A DNA stretch of 42,789 nt from contig RHPI01000385.1 of the NCBI GenBank assembly GCA_009103225.1, positions 511,810 through 554,598 on the forward strand, written 5' to 3'. The stretch comes from Chlorokybus atmophyticus (taxonomy: Eukaryota > Plantae > Mesostigma and Chlorokybus algae). The position numbers were made by a program, and so were the translations under genes. Shown one piece after another: positions 1-16,037 of this stretch. Below the pieces are notes generated by a model, which was not told the origin of the DNA, searched no databases, and was given only the letters and a program-made list of their open reading frames with translations. Numbering within the stretch: the stretch's first letter is position 1; every line of letters begins with the position of its first letter.

Positions 1-30
<30 letters not shown>
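1..30. repeat. (TA)15 microsatellite at the window start
   Basis: Read directly. The window also ends in (TA)n, consistent with an assembly break at both ends. Confidence 0.98.
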
Positions 31-31
<1 letters not shown>

Positions 32-1863
32 GTATATCATACCACTTGATGCTCTCCCGACCTAGTACGACATATCCAAGACCACAAACCTTACCATACG
101 TGTAGACATTAAGAGTGCCCCCGCGGTAACCCCGCCAAGAGCATGACATGGCAGGATAAATGGTATCTTCTTAGCAAGGGTACCCTGTATCAAGGGAGGC
201 ATGCAATAAATAGAATAGAGCATTTCTACGCAATCATGGCAGGCGAAGCCTGTGCATTCGGGTCTGGCTCTAACGTCAGACAGTTGCAAATCTGGTACCT
301 GCGGACAGCGCCACAACCGCGCAAACAACGCGCTTGCCGCGGCCTCAGGAGGGGCTCGTCGTTTGCGGTGCACTGCAGCGCAAGCTCCTGATACGCGGCT
401 GCGGTTGTTCTTTGAAACCGTTACGGTACGGTCAGTAGCAACTGTCGAAGGATTGCGTCGTCGTAGCCGCGCATTCTCCAGTACGAACACGGTACCCACG
501 CTCTGCTGCACAGTATTGAGCCGTCATTCGTGGGCAGTCTGACACTGAGGGCACTTCGTACAATGGGATGCGCTTTGCGAGGCTACCTGCGGCCTGTATT
601 ATAAGCAATGAGTAATGTGACCGCCACGTGCAGCGCTGTCATCGTGGCACTGTCACGTGATGCCGAGCAGCGCCATGACGTAGGCAAGCCACAATACCGT
701 ACAGGTTTAGTCGGGCGCTGGAATGCCGACCACCCAGTAGCACATGTTCACTCTGTACTTGTGGACATGTGGGGTACCAGCTACACTTTGTTTGTACAAC
801 CTTTTATCCGGGTACATCAAACCGCATCGAACAGACGCGACTAGCGCGTTCCTCAGCCTGAGGGCCTCAGGGCGCCGGAAGGGTAGACACGAATTGTGCA
901 GGCAACTTGCATTGCATGATGTCTACATAGAGTGTTGTTACATTCCACAATGGTAAGCGCACGTTCACCTAAAAATCTAGCACGTTCGCGCCCAGTTGGC
1001 AGATTGCGCGTGAAGCGGTTGCAATACTAACGTTACGATATGTAACCCCCACAAGCGTGCAGGGTACGTGAGAGCGTACCCAGCGTCTGTCACAATGACG
1101 CGGCAATGTGTCTCACAGTATCGTAATATTCAGACACGTGCTATGACATCGGTAATTTACGCGGTATCACCAATGCATATTAGAGTTGAGAGCCAGCACA
1201 CCATTGTAACGCACCGAAACCGTCCGGCTTAGCGCCGGTGTGTGCTCGGGGACACCAACTGTCGTACTTTTATAACGGAGTTGCCGCGGTAGGGGACACA
1301 GGCCGCGGTAAGCAGCGACAGAACCTCTGGTGTCGGGGACGCTCTAGTTACATGACATTTCAACTGGAACCTTTGCCCTAAGCAACACCTAACCAAAGCC
1401 CCATTTAGAAACCCCAGATAAGTTTCGGCTAGGAGCTGCGACAAAATATCCCTATCCCCATCTTCCCCTATCCGCAATGGATCGCACTCTGTCAGCGCGC
1501 ACAACGCATAGAGAGCATTGCTTGTCACAAGGCCAATGGATTTCTGCATCCAGCATTTCCCCCAGGAATCCGGCAACAAGGCTGCGGGTTCATCCAGAAT
1601 TCGGCAAATTTTCCCCACGTGTTGGATCATCAGCAGCAAGCAAATAGCTCACAACAGTAGGCGGGGAAAGAGCCTTGCCGAGCGGCGGTGGCGGCGGCGG
1701 CGAGGGGGCCGACGGTGGCCGCACGGATATCCGCGGTTACAAAGCCGTGCTGTAGGGTTGAAACTGTCAGAGGACAGGTCTAGTGCAGCACAGGGATCGT
1801 GTCCCCCCCTGCCTGTAGGTGGGGCGCGTGTGTGGTGTGAGCGCACACGGTTTGGTAGAGCTT

Positions 1864-2074
1864 GGGGGGGGGGGGGGGGGGGGGNNNNNNNNNNNNNNNN
1901 NNNNNNNNNNNNNNNNNNNNNNNNNNNNNNNNNNNNNNNNNNNNNNNNNNNNNNNNNNNNNNNNNNNNNNNNNNNNNNNNNNNNNNNNNNNNNNNNNNNN
2001 NNNNNNNNNNNNNNNNNNNNNNNNNNNNNNNNNNNNNNNNNNNNNNNNNNNNNNNNNNNNNNNNNNGGGGGGGG
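1864..2074. other. Poly-G tract interrupted by an assembly gap (182 N, 1885-2066)
   Basis: 21 G before the N-run and 8 G after it. Confidence 0.95.
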
Positions 2075-2084
2075 CGGGGTTGGG

Positions 2085-2091
2085 TATATAA
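2085..2091 (+). promoter_or_regulatory. TATA box (TATATAA) of the Ole e 1/propeller gene
   Basis: Lies about 65 nt upstream of a strong 5'UTR intron donor (CAG|GTAAGC at 2158; acceptor TTGCAG at 2276), which precedes the ATG at 2283. Confidence 0.6.
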
Positions 2092-2282
2092 GCAGCTGTG
2101 ACTGCATTTGCCGCAGCAGTGTACAAACAGCTTGCACATAGGGGCGCGCTTGTGCAGGTAAGCTGAGAGAGTGGCAAGCAGCCAGGCATTCTTTACTGCT
2201 TGCGTGCAACGATTAGCTCAAGCTTAAGTGACGCACGAAAGCAGTGAGCTCCAACATTTGTGTTGCTTTCTTGCAGATCAAG

Positions 2283-5200
2283 ATGAGGCGAGTATTGTGC
2301 GCACTGGTTCTGCTGAGCTGCGCTTTAGCCGCAGAAGCATGCACTGCCACCATCAAGGGAAGTGTCTTCTGCGACAAATGCAATGACGGTAAGCTAGCTT
2401 TTTCAATGTTGCATCACACACAGCACCTGCTCGCTTTGAGTCACTAACCTTCTGTATGTTTATACTGCCAGCAGCATATCTGACCAGTACATTACTGTCT
2501 TTACAGGAGACAAGAACGGAGCAGATTACCCAATAGCAAATGTGCCAGTGAAGCTAACATGCTATGGCAAAAGGGCGGGCCAGTCCAGCTTGGTGCCCTT
2601 CTTTCACGGCGCGACAACCAATGCTGCCGGCGGGTTCACCTTCACCGGGGTTGAGACAGTTGAGAGCATGCAAGCTGCCGGCTTGACATTCAACCACTGC
2701 CTGCTGACCGTTCTCAAGCACAAAGCGAACCCCTGCAACGGCACAAGCACACTCCCCTGCGGCCAAAACCAAAGATTCCAGAACCTCCGCAAGAACCAAG
2801 TGCGCACAACAAGCGATGTATGCTACCTGCCCCGCGCTGCTCCGCCACCCGGCGCGTGCACTAGCACCAACCCAGACAACGGCCCCGCACGTGAGTTCCT
2901 TTGTTGGTTGAAGCGTTGTTACCTGCCTGTTGGTTGAAGCGTTGTTACCTGCCTTGCCTTTTTGAACTCATGAGAAGCAACAAGTGCTGGTGGTTGCGTT
3001 GACACTGACCATCGCTCTCAATCTCGCAGCCTGCGCATCCAGCATATACTTTGTGTCCGGTGATGGCATGTCTGTCAACCGCGTCAACATTGTCCCGCGC
3101 CCCGGCCCCCTTCCCACCGCCGGCATCACTGTCTGGACAAGCACACAAGCCAACTCAGAGATCAGGGGTGTTGCAGTCAATGAAGGTAAAGAAGTTGGGT
3201 GTGACAATGACTTTGTTTCGTGCGCCCTGTGTCATTGCCCACTGGCATGCTCGAGTGCAGTGCTGTTGATGGTTGGAGTAACCAGTCTGGTTCCTTTCGC
3301 AGTGAACGGCGATGTGTATGCTCTCGTGCAACAGACAGTGTACCCATACATGATGACCATCTACAAGATCAATGTTGCCGTGAGTCCTGCTGTGGCTGTG
3401 AGCGTCACCAGCCCCGAGAGTTTCATCAACTACAATGCGTACGGATCCGGATACGGCCTCCAACTTACCATTGAGAACAGTGGTGAGTGGCTTACAATAT
3501 GCAAGTTGCATGGTGCCAGCTTGCGAGCTGAGCTTGTTGCACAACCTAGCGCGCTGTGCTCACGACTCTCTTGCTAATCATGTGTGATGTTTGACAGATC
3601 AAGCCGCTGGCCCCACGCTGATCTACGGCTATCGCTTCAGCCAGGACCCGCATTACGGCTCTTACACCGTGATAAGGAGGGTGGTGTTGGCTACAGAGCA
3701 AACAATGACCATACTCCAGTCCAGCACATACTACGATATCAGCGGCATCAAAGTGGACAGCACAGTCAGCCCTGCACAGATCTACGTCAAGATTGGAAAC
3801 ACTGTCAAGAAAGCCAACCTGCCCGCTATCGGCAGCACACTGTCGCAGAACGACCTCGACAATGGCGTTGTGGCTTCCAATATTGTGGACTACTCCACCT
3901 TCGCAGCTGACTTTGGTACGCATGCTTGCTCTGTTACACTGTCTTCTGGCATTATTCTTCCTAGCTCGCACAATCTGAACGCCCCGCTCATCCTCCTCAA
4001 ACGCTGCAGTTGCAAGGAAGATATACTTCATACCCCTGGCTGCTGCCGGGGCTCAAACCGGCATTGCCGTTGCGGACCTGAGCACCACACCCGCTACAGT
4101 TGTCTCAGCCAACATCTTGGGCAGCAACTTTCCTCTGACTGTCGCTGACCACTTCCCCATCCTGGTTGATGGCGTGTCCAGTAAGTTCCTCACATGCCAA
4201 TAGCGTTTTTCTGTCTGGCCTAGATGGTAGTTGATGCTGACCGCTGGCCTGCCTGCCTGCTTGACAGACCCCAAGCGTCTCTTCTTCGCGGATGTGAGCA
4301 CCTCGCAGTACCGCAGCAATCTGTATGACGCATACAGCACTTCGCTGAGCGGAGCTCAGGCGGTGGGTGTCGTTGACCACATCATCAACTACTCGCCGTT
4401 CGACTTCTTGGATGTTATGGGCGCTGTTGACAACCAGGCGGGTCGCAAACAAGTGACCAAGGTTCCCGCCCTCGCCATCACAACAGTCTGCACAGCCCCG
4501 CTCTCTCTATGTATGTGCCAACTTGCATGTGACATTCTGATTAGTCTTCATTGCACTTTTTGTTCCATGTCAGTGCTCGATGTAGCTCATCCTTTACTGA
4601 ACGCCTTCCATTGCAGATTCGCCCACGGTGTACGTGAGCACGCAATCCCCGGCGGGCGTGTTGCGCTCACAAGCGGGTGCCCCCATGACCACTCTGACAA
4701 CACCGGCCACAACAACACAAACCCGCGCAGGACCATCGGTGTTGAACGCTGAGAAGAAGCAGATTTACTATTTCGGACAGGTCGGCAACACTTGGACTCT
4801 TTATGTGGCACCAACATCAACGGCTACCTCAACCTCCGTCCCTGTCACAACTGGCACGGGCTTTGTTGCTGGCGCAGACATCGATGTGACGGACCCTGAG
4901 AACCCTATCATATTCTACAGCGTGGTTGTTGGCACGACCTCGACAATATACCAGCTGACGGTGTCCACAGGCGCACAAGTGGCACTGTACACCGGCGTAA
5001 AAGAGACAATTCCTTCGCTAATATCTGATCCTGCCCCTCGCTATGGCGGCATCACCGATCCGATGATATGGTTCCTGAGTGTGGATGTCTCCGGCTCATC
5101 TCCAGTGTACTCAATCAAGTATGGTGCTGTCGCCAGCTTGGGCTCCCTGGAGGTGGCTTACACGGAGGAGGACCCCAGCCTGATTCTGTCATCCATTGCG

Positions 5201-5731
5201 ATGGACAGCCAAGTCACTGGCGTGGGCATATACGTGCTGAAGACGGCTTCCAGTGCTCCAACCACACCGCTCGTCATGCGTCTGCGCCTTGCGGGATTCA
5301 TGGAGGTGTTCAACTACAACGTTGTCCAAGCAGGCTTCACCACCTCCACCACAGCAACATCCATCGCTGTGGATGAACGCTCAGGTAAGAGCTTGTTGAC
5401 ACTTAATTGCTCTGTTGCGTGCACAAGCAAGTGTGGGATTGCTGAAGCTGACTCGTGCATCCGTTGTGCAGTGCCAAAGAAGGTGTACATCTCTGATACC
5501 AGCGCCGTCTACGTTGCGAACATCGTGGAGGCCAACTTCTCACCCAGGAGCAAGTTCACATTTGCAACTGCTCTGCAGGCACCTGCTGGTGCTGGCTCTT
5601 TCACACAAATGTCCATTGGCCAAGGTATGTGAAGCCAAGTTGCCTGCATATTGTGTGGAGTGTTGCAAGCGCAGCATGGTATGTTGGTGTGCCAAAACCA
5701 ATCCGTTTGGTGTCTCGCAGAGCTGAAGTAA
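2283..5731 (+). CDS. Secreted protein of about 806 aa: signal peptide, Pollen Ole e 1-like domain, then about 12 YWTD/NHL-like beta-propeller repeats
   Basis: 10 coding exons: 2283-2388, 2507-2890, 3030-3185, 3303-3482, 3598-3915, 4010-4180, 4268-4441, 4617-5384, 5472-5624, 5721-5731. All introns are GT-AG and the join is one open frame of 2421 nt. N-terminus MRRVLCALVLLSCALAAEA is signal-peptide-like. IKGSVFCDKCNDGDKNGADYPIANVPVKLTC...TTNAAGGF matches the Ole e 1 pattern (G-x-V-x-C-D-x-C...C...T-x-x-x-G-x-F). The propeller is inferred from recurring (I/V)AVD...(K/R)(I/V)Y(F/V/I)(S/T)D-like motifs. Confidence 0.85.
2902..2953. repeat. 26-bp perfect tandem duplication inside an intron
   Basis: TGTTGGTTGAAGCGTTGTTACCTGCC x2. 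Confidence 0.95.
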
Positions 5732-6971
5732 ACACCATCCGCTTCAAGTTACACAGTGCAGCATGCACAGTACTGCAGTGCACCCAACCTGGAAGGGTAC
5801 ACATTGAATAGCGACCCTCTGCCCCTTCAATAAGCGACCGGCAAACGCAGCACCAGTCTACTGTATGTACCTTTTTGCGGCACAGACTGCGCAACGTTTG
5901 TCCCTGGCGAAAGTTCATGCCATTCCTGTGCTGAACTGTCAATAAAGCGTGCCACTGCGCGCCCCGTACATAGTTTCCACTTAACAGCTGGTGGCTATTT
6001 TGATCATAAGGCCCAAGTATACATATACTTCCCCTGAAGTACATAGCCAGCCATATGTAGTATTTGTTACAGTTGTGTGAATAGTGCGTAGCTGTACACG
6101 CACGCGACTCATCAGTGCGTTTTTGAACCAATAATGCAATATCCATTGCCTGTGTGCAGCTTGGAGTGGAAATGCTGGACAAACAACGTGTTGGCATAAG
6201 ATGCATATACATAGGCATGCTGCAGGTGACTGCAGGTGTATGCATGCTTGCATGGCTAAAGGGGTGTTGGCAGTAGTGTAGGTAGTGAATTGGATAAGGT
6301 GAAGTAGGCGGTGGCGAAGTATGTGAAAGTGTTGATTGCTCGTTGTGAACATTGGCTGGTTGTGATTGTCATTATGCATGAGCATATCCCTCGCGCATTG
6401 TCTGTACACCTCGCAGTGTACCAAAGAATGGCGAGGGGATTGCCTGCATGCAACGCATGCCACACATGCGTACTTGAAGTAATTCGACGAACAGGTTGAG
6501 AGAAAGTCTTTCGCAGAAGTCGTAAAGTAAGTAAACAACAAAAGACACACGACAAGCAGAAGCACACTCAGCAGGCACAATGCATGCGAGATCACTTGGG
6601 GCTATTACCTTTTGGCAATATATGTATATGCACAATCAACAGAGCATAGATTGAGTGAGAGTTGCATCATCCCATGGTGCGCAGTGAGACTAAAGAAGGC
6701 ATGAACGAGGCAGGTTGTTCATCAAGGTCACTTGATGTTGGCTGCAGTGACGGTCTTGGTACCACATGCAGGTGTAAATGCTGTGGTAGGCCGACCATCA
6801 GACTATTCTGGTTAGACGAGATTCACGGCACAGATTGGTCAAATGAATGAAGCAGATAACCTGCATACCAGGAACAAAACTGGTGGCCAGATCAATGAAT
6901 GGTGAAGTAGAGCCATGCAGCGCCAGCTGACAGAGCATGGCCCTAGGTTTCTAACATTGTAGATGGTCAGA

Positions 6972-9926
<2,955 letters not shown>

Positions 9927-10274
9927 GGGCACAAGCAGCAAAGCTTCGGAAGCTTGTAGTTAACACTGCTGTGTGCAATCTGCACAGCAGCTTTTTGACA
10001 CATGCAAACCACCGCAGACTGTCATCAACATCAAGGCGCCGATATCACGACTACTGCCGGGGTATGAGGTGCGCTGGCCTGCGGAAAAGGCAAGGATATC
10101 AAGTACAGCATGTGATAACCGAGTTGTCGACAACAAACGGCCGTTGGAACGCAACGACGGTGTACCTTGTCTATTGCAAAAAGCGCAGACAGCATTGTCA
10201 ATTGACAAAGCTGTCGTGGCAATAGCGACGCACGCTGCGATGCTCAGGGAGATGGCGCTGTAGGGCATCCATTG

Positions 10275-10283
10275 TTAGGGTTT
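10275..10283 (-). promoter_or_regulatory. Telo-box (AAACCCTAA) in the AACT/LPD divergent promoter
   Basis: TTAGGGTTT on the + strand, between the two divergent start codons. The telo-box is an established plant promoter element. Confidence 0.45.
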
Positions 10284-10363
10284 CAGGAGAAAGTTTCGCA
10301 TTATGGGATGGGTTGTGCAGTCCGTGCAGCTGCTGGTGGCGGTGGTGGGGGTCGTGGACAGTG

Positions 10364-13443
<3,080 letters not shown>

Positions 13444-14496
13444 GGCTAGCTTGACCTTGCTGTTGCTGTGTATAGTACCACTAGTTGTGTGCTGCGAACA
13501 CAAGTTGTATGCTTTATAGTGCTCTACTAGACAACCAGTTGCACAACCTATTGTCACAAGTGAAGCGGCTTCTATACGTGCCTCTTGTGCCGATCTTATC
13601 TTACAATGCATTGTAGTCTTGAATGCCTCGTGTTCTCATGCAGTGCTGTGCCTCATAAGGTATGGGTGCGAATGTAAGGTGGCAGCCTGGTCGGTTGCGA
13701 GTTTCAACTGACCAAGCTGTTCATACTTGCCAAAGCAGGTGATGTGGAGTGCACATCACGTTCTCCTCAGGCTCCTTGTATAGATTTGGACCAACTTCGG
13801 CTCGTGTCACCTGCAGATTGGTAGCGTAGTGACGTGTGGTTATATGTGTGCGGTTAGGCATGGTGCAGCAATAACACCAGACATATACATGTCCGTTATA
13901 GTAGAGGTTGCTTGCAGTGGACCCTCACCTTGGGATTGCCGGAGCGCAAAGAGACAATAGTGCTGTGCACAAATATACCAGTGTAGCCACCGCGTGTCCA
14001 GCTCACTGGCACCATACCACAGCACGCAACACACTCCGACACATGACGCACATGATTGCACGACTACCAGCCCGCAGCCACCACACCACCTCCGTCCCAG
14101 CGGGCATCCTTGCATAAAGCTCTGAGACACTCAAGAGCGGCGCCACTGAGCCATAGAGACAACAGCCATGAAACAGCCTTGCCCACCGCTTAAAGGTCAC
14201 TGCCGCGTGTAACTGAAATACTAATAGTAATACGACAAGTTCCTTCTTGCATCTTCTGTACATACATCACTTGGATTTTCTGTACGCTATGCTGCACGAA
14301 TGCAAGGGGTCCCCTAGACTACGTGTGCTGCATTGCCATTGGGCTGTCACCTGCAATGCAGTGTAGAGCTACAGACGTGCTCACATGTGTGTTGCTCTCA
14401 AGCTAGCACGAGAGTACATCGCACAGGTGGATGGACTCCTCACAAAACAATGTTCCAGATAACCATTACACTCCACGATCGTGTGTAGCATTGTTG

Positions 14497-15856
14497 TCAT
14501 GCACACGGCAGCATCAACGCCGCAACGCGGCGCCCTTCTTGATTCAGTATGTTGAATGTAGCGGATGCGTTGGCCTGCCAAAAGGACGTGATAATCAACA
14601 CTCTCGGAAAAGACAACGCAATGCTGTTGTGTTGGACTCACAGTGTCCATGAGTTCGACGGCGATCCCGCGCTCTTTGAGGAAAGCACGCACTTCCGTGC
14701 TCAGCGGGTTTGGCACGAGCTTTCGACCCATTCCAACCACAGCCAACTCTACAGTTACCCCGCACACAAGTCAACATTGCGCGTGCGTGTGTCATGCGCG
14801 CATGTAGTTGTTTGTGTTCTGCCCGTTGCATTACAGCAGCGTGTGCACATGAGACAGAAAAAGCACGCGATGCATGTGAACAACACGCTTGCCTGGTGTG
14901 GGCTTTACGAGATCCAAAATGGCCAACCTGCAATGAATACAGCACGTGTCAGATTTTTCCAACCATACCATCAACTCGCTCGCAATGCATGCAGTGTGCA
15001 AGCAACATGTCGGGACGAGTCACACATTCTCCTCTCATAATCCGTTGGTTACTCACTTTTCGGGTGTGATGTCGGCAGGGGTGTGCACGCCCCGCCACAG
15101 CAGGAACACATCACGCAGGCACAGCACGGAGCCTTTGCACGACACGTCATTCACAACGAAGCCGTCCGTGTCATACCTGTGCGAGGGCGTTAGTGGACGC
15201 ATGCTTCTTCCCCTTGTGTGTATCACTCGCGTGTTCCTGTGTCAGGACATGTCCCACCCACGCATGGGGCACTCACGCAGCAATGCGGGTGAGCTGGAGG
15301 CCCACACCGCTCAGCACGTCCTCATCGGTGAAAGCACCTCCCGTTGCAGCAGCAACATACTGCCTGCACCCGAGACGAGAAAAGCACACAACCACATGGA
15401 GCCAGTTGTGTGCGCGCGCGCACACACGCGCATGCAAACGTGCATGTGCATGTGCGTGTGCGCGTGCGTGTTTGATAATGTATTGTCTTCGCGTTCATCG
15501 CCACATAGCATCTCTGCTTGGTTGGCATGCCAAACCAAACGATGCTAAGGCATGCTTGCACAAATCCACGCTTGAAACTATTGCATCAACAAGCGAATCA
15601 AAGCTCGAAGGACCGCATGCACTACTACTGAGCAGCGGAGGTGTCAAAGCAGGAAAGAAGGCATGACTGCATGAAGGAGAACAACTTCATAGATTGGAAC
15701 GTCGTTGGACCTGAAGGCGGCGGAGGCGCGGTGGGTGTCTGCCGGCGGCGTCGGTGGGCGGCGACAGGCTGACCGCGGTGGCAGCGACTCCCGCCACGCC
15801 CTGCCCACCGCCGCCGCCGCCGCTGCCGCCACCCCTGTCCGCCCCGCCGCCTGCAT
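14497..15856 (-). CDS. NDUFAF3: NDUFAF3 / Mth938-like (DUF498) complex I assembly factor
   Basis: 6 exons giving ...YDTDGFVVNDVSCKGSVLCL...LAILDLVKPTPELAVVGMG...RAFLKERGIAVELMDTANASATFNILNQEGRRVAALMLP. The AxxTFNILxxEGRxVAA motif is diagnostic. Ala/Arg-rich N-terminus. Confidence 0.92.
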
Positions 15857-15969
15857 GTGGAGGTGGACACACTCAACCTCCACTTCTCTGCGGTACAAGT
15901 GCACACACGGGCTGGTTGATTGAAGAAGTAGTGATTGATTGACTGTCATTGAGTTGAGGCTGCAGCTGA

Positions 15970-16014
15970 ACTGTGAGAGTAAAGCCACAGACTGTGAGAG
16001 TAAAGCCACAGACT
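15970..16014. repeat. 21-bp tandem repeat in the NDUFAF3/SETD9 intergenic spacer
   Basis: ACTGTGAGAGTAAAGCCACAG x2 plus a partial third copy. Confidence 0.95.
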
Positions 16015-16037
16015 CTGTCCAACAGCATCCTGGCGCA

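Noticed and set aside
1213-1227. 14/15 match between this site (reverse complement) and 32094-32108 (CCGGAC.GTTTCGGT)
   Set aside because: Many one-mismatch 15-mers are expected by chance in 43 kb on two strands, and the match does not extend.
31-1760. Transposon or retroelement call for the left end
   Set aside because: No terminal repeats, TSD, or RT/integrase/transposase motif recognised.
1518-2209. ORFs of 80-207 aa spanning the N-run
   Set aside because: Artefacts of translating through N and poly-G.
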